A stretch of DNA of 64,000 bases from contig OZ244804.1 in assembly GCA_965220065.1 (NCBI GenBank), positions 4,554,431-4,618,430 on the forward strand, read 5' to 3'. The notes under the pieces were generated by a model. It was not told the DNA's origin. It saw only the letters and a list, made by a program, of their open reading frames with translations, and made no database searches. The stretch comes from Candidatus Poribacteria bacterium (GTDB taxonomy: Bacteria; Poribacteria; WGA-4E; WGA-3G). The stretch's first letter is position 1. Every line of letters starts with the position of its first letter. The position numbers and the translations under genes are program-made. Positions 38,540 through 47,734 of this stretch are shown here, piece after piece.

Positions 38540-39067
38540 TTAAAAAAAGTGCCGAAGGCTTAGACCTGCGCGCCGAGTCTGGAAATCGTAGTGCGGATGT
38601 AACTGGAACGATGTCCTCGGAAGTAATAGGTTCGTATTTTCGGAGAAGCGATTTGGGAAACCTCTGAGGCGCGTTAACGGGATTTCCATATCAGTTGAAG
38701 ATACTGAATCCTCTACAAGTTCTGGTGTATCAAGTTGACTATAGATTGAGAAAAGCACAGCGAGTCCCACAAATCCGAAACCTACACGAGACATAATCGT
38801 GCTGGCATTCCGTCTGACAAGGAAAGCGTCTTTGTGGGTTTGGATGTCTGCTTGAATTGCGGCGTTGAGATAGGTATCGTAATGGTTCTGGGCAGAGGCT
38901 TTGAGAAAGCTGCTTCCAAACTGTAGACCCATGCCTGAAGCGAAAAGTACAAGGGGTAGAACGCGTGAGCGACGCGCAGCATCTGCGTGCTGACCCGTTA
39001 GGATAAAAATGAAGACACAACTGAACGCAAATGCGATGTATTTCTGAGTGATACTACGGCATTTCAT
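38540..39067 (-). CDS. Hypothetical small membrane/secreted protein.
   Basis: 175-aa ORF with N-terminal hydrophobic segment AFAFSCVFIFILTG and a second TM-like segment. No motif. Confidence 0.35.
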   Translation of the reverse strand: MKCRSITQKYIAFAFSCVFIFILTGQHADAARRSRVLPLVLFASGMGLQFGSSFLKASAQNHYDTYLNAAIQADIQTHKDAFLVRRNASTIMSRVGFGFVGLAVLFSIYSQLDTPELVEDSVSSTDMEIPLTRLRGFPNRFSENTNLLLPRTSFQLHPHYDFQTRRAGLSLRHFF

Positions 39068-39418
39068 GTCGAATTTATTCCTTTGTTGGGAGATCCATTT
39101 CCATAAAGTTTACCCTATTTTTTGTCGAAAGTCAATGCTTTTTGTTATGATACAGGTGTCGCGATTTGTGGGGTGTTCCTATTGGAACGGTGGGGCATTT
39201 CGTTCCCGGTTCTTAGTAACGGAAAATCTCTGTTTCCAGTTTACGTTAAAGTCGAACTGAATGCCCTGCAGGAATGACGAATTCTATTGACATACGATGA
39301 AATGCATAGTAAAATTAAAGAGAACCTTTTTGAAACTGAGATTGTCTTAATCATTAATAGATATAATAAACGGGCAGGCACGTATGTACGCTTTCCGAAA
39401 GTTCAACGGAGAAGAGTC

Positions 39419-40267
39419 ATGAAATCAAAAATCGTCAACAATCGAAGAAGCATCATGGCGAAGTTAGGGATCGGTTGTGTCGTATGTCTACTTCTCGGGT
39501 TTGGAATTTTGCTTTACGCGCAAGATAAGGCGAAAGTGGAGCTTATTGCCACAAAGCCGGAGATAAGTCCGGTCAAAAAACCAGAAATGGACTCGGCTAA
39601 AATACAAGCAATGATGAAAATGAAGGAGCAAGCCACTGTACAAGCCAATAGGTCCCGTGGACGTCAGAATCGAGGGGGAATTGATTTCGGAGAGAATGCG
39701 GCGTTCTACAAAGTGATTATTGACAACAATCTCTTTCGTCCCCTTGGGTGGACCCCACCGAATAATGAACCTGCCTATAGTTTAATCGGTACTGCCGTTG
39801 GTGCAGAGAGTGCCGTATCACAGGCAACGCTGCTCGAAAAAAGATCCAATCGGTATCACTTTGTGACGATAGGGACAAAACTCGGCGATATGACGGTAAA
39901 GGACATCCAAGCGAAGCAGGTAATCTTAGACAACGCTGGAAAACCGATTACACTGAAATCAGGTGAGTTACAGTTCCTGACCACCAGTCGGGGACGCGAG
40001 GCTGGTAAAGCTGCGCAAACCAGTGAAGGTCAGTCCGGGACGGAGGGAAGTAATTCGTCAAGAAACCAAGCGAATGCTAAGATGGACGCTGAAAAACGTA
40101 GACAAATGGAGATGGGAGAGCAGGCTGCAGCCTGGGGAATGAAACCGAATGAATTAGCAGAGAAAATCAGGAATGCGTCTCCAGAGGAACGGCGAGAGAT
40201 AATGCAAAAAATGCGAGCAGAACGTGGAGAACGCGGTGGTAGAAGGGGTCGGAATCGCGATCGGTAG
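39419..40267 (+). CDS. Hypothetical membrane-anchored protein with a Lys/Arg/Glu-rich C-terminus (possibly PilP/GspC-like; weak).
   Basis: RBS ggagaagagtcATG. TM segment LGIGCVVCLLLGFGILLYA. The ORF-track start at 39287 lacks an RBS. Followed by a terminator. Confidence 0.45.
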   Translation: MKSKIVNNRRSIMAKLGIGCVVCLLLGFGILLYAQDKAKVELIATKPEISPVKKPEMDSAKIQAMMKMKEQATVQANRSRGRQNRGGIDFGENAAFYKVIIDNNLFRPLGWTPPNNEPAYSLIGTAVGAESAVSQATLLEKRSNRYHFVTIGTKLGDMTVKDIQAKQVILDNAGKPITLKSGELQFLTTSRGREAGKAAQTSEGQSGTEGSNSSRNQANAKMDAEKRRQMEMGEQAAAWGMKPNELAEKIRNASPEERREIMQKMRAERGERGGRRGRNRDR

Positions 40268-40297
40268 TCTATTGCCTATGCATATTAATCTTGTTTC

Positions 40298-40330
40298 AAG
40301 GCGCGGTTTGTAACCGCGCCTTTCTTTGTT
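40298..40330 (+). terminator. Rho-independent terminator of gene 39419..40267.
   Basis: aaggcgcgg-tttgta-accgcgcctt stem-loop followed by tctttgttta. Confidence 0.7.
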
Positions 40331-40441
40331 TATAGTAAAACCGAAAAATAAATAGACATTCCTCCCTCCCCTGGTAGGCGAGGTTTCTAACCTCGCCGGT
40401 GCGGAGTGTCAATTAATTCTAAACTTTACTATAGTGAGAAA

Positions 40442-41260
40442 CTACGCTGCTTCTTCGGTATTCTCTGGCATGTTTTCGAGTCGAGAGAGCCAGTAGCCGA
40501 TATCAAACGAGTCGTCGCCAGTGAGGAAGCGCCATTGCTTGATACGGTTGACGATCTCAAGTCGTACATCGTTCCCATACCATCTGTGATTTCTCCCTAA
40601 AGCACCGTGGATACCCGGTGTGTCTATATCGTCTGTGTTCCAGAGTTGACACTGACGTACCGTCGGGTTAAGGCGGAGTTTGAACATGTAGCGCGTGCGG
40701 TCTGTAAGATTCGGTTGCGCACAGTGCCACATCCCGTGATGCACCACAATCAGAGTGCCAGCATTACAAGCGATGGGCATTTGTCCGAGGAAGTTTTGAT
40801 AGCGCGCGATGTCCGTTTCACAGACACGGCGATAGTGGCTTCCCGGTAAAATCATCGTCCCTCCCATTTCGCGCGGCGTATCGTGTGAGAAATAGAAGAA
40901 TTGGATGTCGAAATGCATCCGTAGATCGATAATCGCGTCGGCATGCCAAATTTGCCCTATGTTGTTTTGGGGACGGACGATGTGAACGGCGTGATGATCG
41001 TAGAGGGGATTCTCGCCTACTAAACTTTGGATAATACCTTGGACTTCCGGTAGTCGGAAGACTTTGCCAACCGCAGATTCATCGTCCCAGACTTCGTCTA
41101 AAACCGTACCGCCGCGTCCACGCACAATAATACCCTCTTCCATTTCGGCATGTGCGGCTTCGTTTAATTCTTGGGGAATTAGGTCGTCGAAACGAAGATA
41201 ACCGTCCGCTACGAAGTTCGCCATCTGTTCTGTGTTGAGCAAATGCTTTTTGTCAATCAT
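40442..41260 (-). CDS. Phytanoyl-CoA dioxygenase (PhyH) family Fe(II)/2-oxoglutarate oxygenase.
   Basis: EQMANFVADGYLRF start. HxD facial-triad context IWHADAIID. Distal His in TLIVVHHGMWHCAQPN. Confidence 0.65.
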   Translation of the reverse strand: MIDKKHLLNTEQMANFVADGYLRFDDLIPQELNEAAHAEMEEGIIVRGRGGTVLDEVWDDESAVGKVFRLPEVQGIIQSLVGENPLYDHHAVHIVRPQNNIGQIWHADAIIDLRMHFDIQFFYFSHDTPREMGGTMILPGSHYRRVCETDIARYQNFLGQMPIACNAGTLIVVHHGMWHCAQPNLTDRTRYMFKLRLNPTVRQCQLWNTDDIDTPGIHGALGRNHRWYGNDVRLEIVNRIKQWRFLTGDDSFDIGYWLSRLENMPENTEEAA

Positions 41261-41562
41261 TAGATTTTCTCCAATTTCTCCAGGATATATTCAAACCTGA
41301 GATATGAAGTATGATATTCCATGCCGGGATAGGCAGGGAATTGTTGTGGAAACTGAATCACGCGCCAGCCATCTTGCATCGCTTCCACAACCGAGTTATA
41401 GGGGGGTGCCTCGCTGTCCCCTGTCGTATAGCGTTTTTGACCCGTACCGTCGTACATTGCCCAAGCGACAACGCCACTGTTCAAGTCAGGCGTGTGCAAA
41501 TGCAACACGAGGAGTTGTTGTCTCAATTCAGACATATTTTTACTTGTTCCTTCTGCCATCAA
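41260..41562 (-). CDS. Hypothetical 100-aa protein, translationally coupled to the downstream PhyH gene.
   Basis: Its stop overlaps the start of 40442..41260. No motif. Confidence 0.4.
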   Translation of the reverse strand: MMAEGTSKNMSELRQQLLVLHLHTPDLNSGVVAWAMYDGTGQKRYTTGDSEAPPYNSVVEAMQDGWRVIQFPQQFPAYPGMEYHTSYLRFEYILEKLEKI

Positions 41563-41581
41563 AAACTTTATCTCTTGGAAT

Positions 41582-42373
41582 CTACCGAGTCGCTTGTGCT
41601 TTAATTTGACTCCAAGTTGTCACCAGTTTCCTGCCCGGTTGAACGTCTAACGTAACGACCATCCCATCTTCGATTAATTCGTTGATTTCTTTCTCACTGA
41701 GGGCTCTGTCATAAAGTACTACCTCGTCAATAACACCTGTCATCCAGTAGTTACCGATATCGCATCCACCGATAAAAAGAAAATTATCGTGGTTATCGGG
41801 TTTCGTTCCTGGCGATACTTCGGCATCTACTTGCCCATCAAGGTAGAATTTGAAGTCAGAACCGTCATAAGTGCCTGCGGTGTGGTGCCAATCACCATCC
41901 GTTGCAACGGTTTTCGCATCGAAGGATTTCCAGCCGGAGTTTGTTGTGAAAGAGTAATGGATAACCCCGGTGTTGATGTGACCGAAAAGCCCGTAGTTTC
42001 TACCGGTCGGATTGCGGTTTTCTTTCGAAGCGATGATTTGCCATGCCCCGGAGACTTTTGGGATATTTATCCATGCGGCAATTGTGAATTCGCTCAGATC
42101 GAGCGCGTCATCATCATCGACTGTTACCATATCTGACCCGCCGAATTCCATTGCACCATCAAACTTACCTTTAACCCATTTCGGCTTACCTTGTGCGATT
42201 TTTCCATCCAACCCGTTACCGGAGGAATCCTTAACGGCTTCCCCTTTGCCTTCATCCAGTAACCACACACCGACAAGCCCATCTGTATCGAGTGCCACGA
42301 CTGGGAGTGCCATGAAATGTATTAGCACCGAGAGACTCAGTGTTAGGAATGTTAGCACTTTGTACATCAGCAA
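41582..42373 (-). CDS. Secreted LamG-like (concanavalin-A-like lectin/glucanase, Laminin_G_3) domain protein.
   Basis: Signal peptide MLMYKVLTFLTLSLSVLIHFMALPVVA. LDG..D.....H.AGTYDGS..KFYLDG....IDEVVLYDRALSEKEI is characteristic of Laminin_G_3. Confidence 0.65.
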   Translation of the reverse strand: MLMYKVLTFLTLSLSVLIHFMALPVVALDTDGLVGVWLLDEGKGEAVKDSSGNGLDGKIAQGKPKWVKGKFDGAMEFGGSDMVTVDDDDALDLSEFTIAAWINIPKVSGAWQIIASKENRNPTGRNYGLFGHINTGVIHYSFTTNSGWKSFDAKTVATDGDWHHTAGTYDGSDFKFYLDGQVDAEVSPGTKPDNHDNFLFIGGCDIGNYWMTGVIDEVVLYDRALSEKEINELIEDGMVVTLDVQPGRKLVTTWSQIKAQATR

Positions 42374-42418
42374 TGCTCCTTGTTAAGAAACCTTGATTAT
42401 GGAATTCAGGACTATGGA

Positions 42419-43711
42419 TTAGACGACGGTTTCAGGAGGTATCGTTGCATCCTTTGGAACAATAACAATTCCATCCCGAATGTAGTATTCTTCACCATCC
42501 AGATTATCCACTCCATCTCGGTTGACGAGTACAGAATTATCACCAATACGCGCATTTTTGTCAATAATTGCATTCTGAATGAGGCAATTTTGCCCAATAC
42601 CGACGTTCGGGATGCCTGCCTGTGCGTTTTCCATCCGTATTTCATCGGACTCGTAATAGTCTGCGCCCATAAGGACAGACTGGTAAATCCGACTGCGATT
42701 GGAGATGATACTTCGGATCCCGACAATAGTTCTATCGATTTCAGAATCATCAATGATAGAGCCTTCAGCGAGGATTGAGGATCGAACGCTACTGCTGTTG
42801 ACTTTGGTGCTCGGCAGATGCCGCCGGTTGGTGTAGACGGGTGCCTGTTCGTCGTAGAAATTGAACGCAGGTGAAGTGTCGGTGAGCGCGATATTCGCCG
42901 AATAGAAGGAGCGAATGGTACCTATATCCTCCCAATAGCCATCAAAAAAGTAAGCAGAAACTGGAAGCGTCTGAATGCTCTTCGGGATAATATCCTTGCC
43001 GAAGTCAACGTTTGCGTCATCTTGAAGCACGTCTTGCAAGACTGTCCTGTTAAAGATGTAGATCCCCATTGAGGCGATGTATTCTCTGCCGTGGGGTTCA
43101 ATCCCTCGAGATGTAAAGACGTCGGGTTCAACACGGAGTCGATGGAGTTCCTCTTCGGTTTGGGGTTTTTCGACGAAATCAACGATACGTCCGTTCGCGT
43201 CTGCCTGAAGAATGCCCAGCCCACTCGTGTCCTCTTTTTTCACAGGAATTACAGACACAGTGATAGCGGCGTTAGATTCAGTGTGGACTTTGAGCATCTT
43301 GCGATAATCCATCCGATAGAGATGGTCACCGGCGAGAATCAGAACGTAATCGTCTGCGAAACGTGGATTGAGGATATAAGGTTGATTGTGTTTAACTGCG
43401 TCCGCGGTTCCTTGATACCACTCTTCGCCCATCAGTGTTTGTTGTGCTGCGAGGATTTGGACGAACCCACGGCGATATGTATCAAAGCGGTAGGTCTGCG
43501 CAATATGCCGATTCAAGGAGACAGAGTTAAACTGCGTCAGAACATAGATGCGTTCCAAGCCGGAATGGAAGCAGTTGCTAATCGGTATGTCCACGAGTCG
43601 AAATTTACCTGCGATCGGGACGCTCGGTTTCGCCCTGTCGCGTGTCAGCGGAAACAGGCGTGCGCCGCGACCGCCTCCAAGAATAACTGCAATTACGTTT
43701 CCGTTACTCAT
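42419..43711 (-). CDS. glgC: Glucose-1-phosphate adenylyltransferase.
   Basis: MSNGNVIAVILGGGRGARLFPLTRDRAKPSVPIAGKFRLVDIPISNCFHSGL is the canonical GlgC N-terminus. Start at 43711 with RBS gaggagagaacgtttATG; the longer ORF-track start is rejected. Confidence 0.9.
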   Translation of the reverse strand: MSNGNVIAVILGGGRGARLFPLTRDRAKPSVPIAGKFRLVDIPISNCFHSGLERIYVLTQFNSVSLNRHIAQTYRFDTYRRGFVQILAAQQTLMGEEWYQGTADAVKHNQPYILNPRFADDYVLILAGDHLYRMDYRKMLKVHTESNAAITVSVIPVKKEDTSGLGILQADANGRIVDFVEKPQTEEELHRLRVEPDVFTSRGIEPHGREYIASMGIYIFNRTVLQDVLQDDANVDFGKDIIPKSIQTLPVSAYFFDGYWEDIGTIRSFYSANIALTDTSPAFNFYDEQAPVYTNRRHLPSTKVNSSSVRSSILAEGSIIDDSEIDRTIVGIRSIISNRSRIYQSVLMGADYYESDEIRMENAQAGIPNVGIGQNCLIQNAIIDKNARIGDNSVLVNRDGVDNLDGEEYYIRDGIVIVPKDATIPPETVV

Positions 43712-43727
43712 AAACGTTCTCTCCTCA

Positions 43728-44315
43728 TTACAAACTTCCCTTGGTAGATAGGACACCCGTAATACGTTCATCAAGACGTGTCGCAATATGCAAAGCTTTC
43801 GCAACTGCCTTAAAGATGGCTTCAATGATGTGGTGTTGATTTGTGCCGTAGGGGACGTTGATATGCAAGGTTGTCCCGCTATGATTCACAAATCCATGGA
43901 AAAATTCTTCAGTGAGTTCAATATCAAAATCGCCAACTTTCCCGGAGACAAGCGGGGTCTCGTAGTAGAGATACGGACGTCCGCAAACATCCAAGTCTAC
44001 TTTGGCGAGGGATTCGTACATAGGGATGGTGAAACTGCCGAAACGTTGCATCCCAGTTTTGTCCAGCACTGCTTTTTGGAGGGCTTGCCCTAAACAGATA
44101 CCGACATCTTCGGTCGTGTGGTGTGCATCCACGTGTAAATCACCTTCTGCTTGGATTTCCAGATCGAAAAAGCCGTGTTTGGCAAAGAGTTCCAACATGT
44201 GATCCAGGAATCCAACGCCGGTGTTAATATCGGATGCTCCGGTTCCGTCGAGGTCAAGTCGGAGTCGGATACGGGTTTCTGCTGTTTCGCGGGCGATTTC
44301 TGCTGTTCTGTCCAT
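43728..44315 (-). CDS. hisB: Imidazoleglycerol-phosphate dehydratase.
   Basis: RETAETRIRLRLDLDGTG...GFLDHMLELFAKHG...HHTTEDVGICLGQA...HHIIEAIFKAVAKAL is collinear with IGPD. 195 aa. Confidence 0.9.
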   Translation of the reverse strand: MDRTAEIARETAETRIRLRLDLDGTGASDINTGVGFLDHMLELFAKHGFFDLEIQAEGDLHVDAHHTTEDVGICLGQALQKAVLDKTGMQRFGSFTIPMYESLAKVDLDVCGRPYLYYETPLVSGKVGDFDIELTEEFFHGFVNHSGTTLHINVPYGTNQHHIIEAIFKAVAKALHIATRLDERITGVLSTKGSL

Positions 44316-44584
44316 TTTTTAATTATTCCTTGCGGTTAAACAACGTGGATTAGGACTTTGCCGTGCTTTTTTGGGAGTCGCCCTCCATTTCGTTTCAAGC
44401 TGCGTCCTTTATATTATACACTTAAAAATCGTTTTGAGCAACGCGAAAGCAAACGCTACCCTGTAGGAGCGAGTGTTTTTGCTTGGGGTTTTTGCTTGGG
44501 CGTTTTTCAATTTCCCCCTCGCTCGCGACACTTGCCGATGGCTGATGGAAACTGATTGCTGACGACTGATAACTGATGGCTCTC

Positions 44585-47194
44585 TTACGCCCAGGTGATA
44601 AGCCCAAGTTCATGCGGAGATTGAAAGTCCTCGTGATAAGGTAAGGCGCGGACGGTGTAACCGTGTAATCCCGTCTGTTTCAAGGTGAGTGTCCCTTCAA
44701 AGAGATAGGTGCCACCTCCGAGGTCGGTTTGATACTCCATTGGGCTGACACTTCCATTGTGAATTTCGCCTGCTTCGTCTAACACACCGTGGTAAATTTG
44801 GACAGCGAGTTCGTGTGGAAACAGCACGTCGGTATGAACAACCGCCTGCACCGTTGTAGATTCACCGACCCCCAACTCAGGGTTTTGAATCACAGCAGTT
44901 GTCTCATCGGCGTGTCTCTCCTCAATCCGTAGGTCGCCCCAATGATCCTGAATATGTGTTTTCCAGCGAGTTAAGGCGATGCTGCGCTTTCCACCTGCTT
45001 CATTGAGATGCTGCCAGCGGCGATGTGCCGGAAAATACAACTGCTCTGCGTACTCCGCTACCATCCGCTTCGTATTGAAAATAGGAGCGAGGTTCTGCAT
45101 CGCAGTCTTCATCCGGGCAACCCATTCATACGGCACATCGTCAACAGGGTTACGCTGGTAGAAGAGGGGCACAATCTCTTTTTCAAGAAGCTCATAAATA
45201 GCGTTGGCGTGTGCTTTGTCGGTGGACTTTGAGTCCTCAGAAGTGTCACCAGCATCGATGGTCCAGCCACCACCTAAATGATTTGCCTCTGCCCACCATC
45301 CATCCGCAATACTGAGATTGAGGGCTCCGTTCGCTGCCGCTTTCATACCGCTTGTGCCGCTCGCTTCGTTAGGACGTAGCGGATTGTTGAGCCAAATGTC
45401 CACGCCTTCAACGAGATAGCGACCCACACAGATGTCGTAGTTCTCAATGAAAACGATTTTATGATAAAATCGTGATTCTGATGCGATACGGGAGATGCGC
45501 TGAATCAGCAATTTCCCCTCATAGTCATGTGGGTGTGCCTTGCCCGCAAAAATGAGTTGTACAGGGCGTTCTGGATGGTTGAGTATCTTGTCAAGACGGT
45601 CAACATCTTGGAAGAGTAAGGTCGCACGCTTATAGGTTGCAAACCGGCGAGCAAATCCGATAGTTAATGCCGCTGAATTGAGAATTTTAGTTGCGACCCT
45701 CTCGCTTTCCTGCGAACGTTTGCCATGCAAAGAAGTTGAGGCACTTCCGAGGGCGTGTTTCTGCTCTTGTCGCTGGCGTGCGAATGTAATAAGGCGTTCG
45801 CGTCGGCGTTCATGTGTTCGCCACAACTCAGGATCCGGGATCTGTGAAATCTGTGTCCAGACTGCTTGGTTTGTAAGTTCAACGATCCAGCGAGGACCCA
45901 GGTACCTGTCAAAGAGACTCTGCATATCACCGGAGACCCAAGAACGGGTATGGATGCCATTTGTTATCGCACTAATAGGGACTTCATGCACGGGCGTCCC
46001 GGGCCAGAGATCCTTCCACATCTCACGGGAAACATCACCGTGTAATTGGCTCACACCGTTGCTCATCGCTGAGAGTCGGAGCGCGAGGAGCGCGGGACTG
46101 AATTCGCTGTGCGTATTGATCGGATTTGTTCTGCCAAGACCCAGGAAAGTATCAGCAGAAACCCCGATTTCCCTATAGTAACCGCTGAAGTAGTGATTAA
46201 CCAACTCAGGCGGAAACCAGTCAATACCGGCAGGGACGGGTGTGTGTGTTGTGAAGATGTTTCCTGATTTCGTAGCTTCGCAGGCTTCTTCAAAACGGAT
46301 TCCTGTCTCCAGCATGAGTTGTCGGATGCGCTCAATTGTGAGGAACGCCGCATGACCTTCATTCATGTGGCAGACGGTCGGTTGTATACCAAGTGCAGTC
46401 AAAGCACGGTATCCACCGATACCTAACAGAATCTCCTGTTTGATACGGAGGCGTTCGTCACCGCCGTACAGGTAGTCTGTTATGTTTCGTAGTTCCTCAC
46501 TCTGGTTTTCGGGGATATTCGTGTCGAGCAGGTATAAGGGAACGCGTCCGACTTGTGCACACCAGACTTTGGCAAATGCTTTACCTTCTGGATACATAAC
46601 TTCCACAAAAAGTGGGGTGCCATCAGCACACTTTGCTGGCTGGATGGGCATATTGTAGAAGTCATTCGTTGGGTAATCAGCCATCTGCCAGCCATCTGCC
46701 GTGAGCGTCTGGCGGAAATACCCGTGCTGATAGAGTAGTCCGACTGCAACGAAAGGCAGACCTAAGTAACTTGTGGACTTCAAATGGTCGCCTGCTAAGA
46801 CCCCTAAGCCGCCGGAATAGAGCGGCATACACTCAGTCAACCCATATTCCATTGAGAAATAAGCGATGTTCAGGTTGTTGAGCGTCTCGTCGTTGTGATT
46901 TGTTTCAAACCATGACGCAGTCTTGTGGTATTCTTTAAATTTTTTGTGGATGACTTCAAGGCGGGCGAGAAATACACTGTCTTTTGCAGCGGCATCTAAC
47001 TGTTCTTGGGAAATTTGACCGAGCATCGCAACCGGATTGTGATATGTCTTTTCCCACAATTCGGTATCAAGGTGTCGAAATAAGCCCAGGGCTTCACGAT
47101 CCCAGGTCCACCACAGATTTAAGGCAAGTTCACGCAGGGGTTCAAGATTCGGCGGCAACATTGGCACCACTGTTAACTGACGAAGTGGCTTCAT
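44585..47194 (-). CDS. glgP: Alpha-glucan (glycogen/maltodextrin) phosphorylase, GT35, long form with DUF3417-type N-terminal extension.
   Basis: LWWTWDREALGLFRHLD N-terminal signature. PLP site SGTSGMKAAANGALNLSIADGWW. 869 aa. Confidence 0.85.
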   Translation of the reverse strand: MKPLRQLTVVPMLPPNLEPLRELALNLWWTWDREALGLFRHLDTELWEKTYHNPVAMLGQISQEQLDAAAKDSVFLARLEVIHKKFKEYHKTASWFETNHNDETLNNLNIAYFSMEYGLTECMPLYSGGLGVLAGDHLKSTSYLGLPFVAVGLLYQHGYFRQTLTADGWQMADYPTNDFYNMPIQPAKCADGTPLFVEVMYPEGKAFAKVWCAQVGRVPLYLLDTNIPENQSEELRNITDYLYGGDERLRIKQEILLGIGGYRALTALGIQPTVCHMNEGHAAFLTIERIRQLMLETGIRFEEACEATKSGNIFTTHTPVPAGIDWFPPELVNHYFSGYYREIGVSADTFLGLGRTNPINTHSEFSPALLALRLSAMSNGVSQLHGDVSREMWKDLWPGTPVHEVPISAITNGIHTRSWVSGDMQSLFDRYLGPRWIVELTNQAVWTQISQIPDPELWRTHERRRERLITFARQRQEQKHALGSASTSLHGKRSQESERVATKILNSAALTIGFARRFATYKRATLLFQDVDRLDKILNHPERPVQLIFAGKAHPHDYEGKLLIQRISRIASESRFYHKIVFIENYDICVGRYLVEGVDIWLNNPLRPNEASGTSGMKAAANGALNLSIADGWWAEANHLGGGWTIDAGDTSEDSKSTDKAHANAIYELLEKEIVPLFYQRNPVDDVPYEWVARMKTAMQNLAPIFNTKRMVAEYAEQLYFPAHRRWQHLNEAGGKRSIALTRWKTHIQDHWGDLRIEERHADETTAVIQNPELGVGESTTVQAVVHTDVLFPHELAVQIYHGVLDEAGEIHNGSVSPMEYQTDLGGGTYLFEGTLTLKQTGLHGYTVRALPYHEDFQSPHELGLITWA

Positions 47195-47217
47195 CTAATC
47201 CGTTCTCCTTCCGAAAT

Positions 47218-47454
47218 CTATACGACTTCTGCGTCTGATTGTTGTGTTTTTAAAGTGATGTAGGTGCCTTGTTTCCGTTGCTCGAAATCTAATTTTCCTT
47301 CGCGGGCGAGCCAACCGACACCCATTAAAACTGTCCGTTCGGTTTCGCCAATTTCGCGTGTTAATTTTGTAATAGTGGCTTCGGTGTTATCTTCAAGATA
47401 GTGCCATATAGCACCCGCAATACTTCCAATACTTTCTAACATTTCTACCTCCAT
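47218..47454 (-). CDS. Small winged-helix-like hypothetical protein.
   Basis: 78-aa ORF ending 24 bp upstream of glgP. Pattern SIAGAIWHYLEDN...ITKLTREIGETERTVLMGVGWLAREGKL is wHTH-like. Confidence 0.45.
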   Translation of the reverse strand: MEVEMLESIGSIAGAIWHYLEDNTEATITKLTREIGETERTVLMGVGWLAREGKLDFEQRKQGTYITLKTQQSDAEVV

Positions 47455-47734
47455 AAGGGATATATAACTTCAGATATTGATTCAACACACCTTAACCAAT
47501 GTCTTGCGCGACGTGTGTCGGAATCTCTGGGAAAAGCGAGGCGTTGTCGCACGAGCCTTCATATATATTATAGTTGCTTTTGAGGAGGTTGTCAAGAGCA
47601 AAGATTTGCGGAATTTGACATCCGTTCTGATGTCATGATATAATCTTTCGTAAAGAATGCGATTTTATACTTTTTCATCCTTTTGGGCTTTGCTTTCAAG
47701 CCTGGATAAAAAACGTTAGATGAGGTAAAAAAAT

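Noticed and set aside
40373-40400. Second hairpin ggcgaggtt-tct-aacctcgcc downstream of the PhyH gene.
   Set aside because: It is not followed by a clear U-tract on the relevant strand, so a terminator call is not supported.
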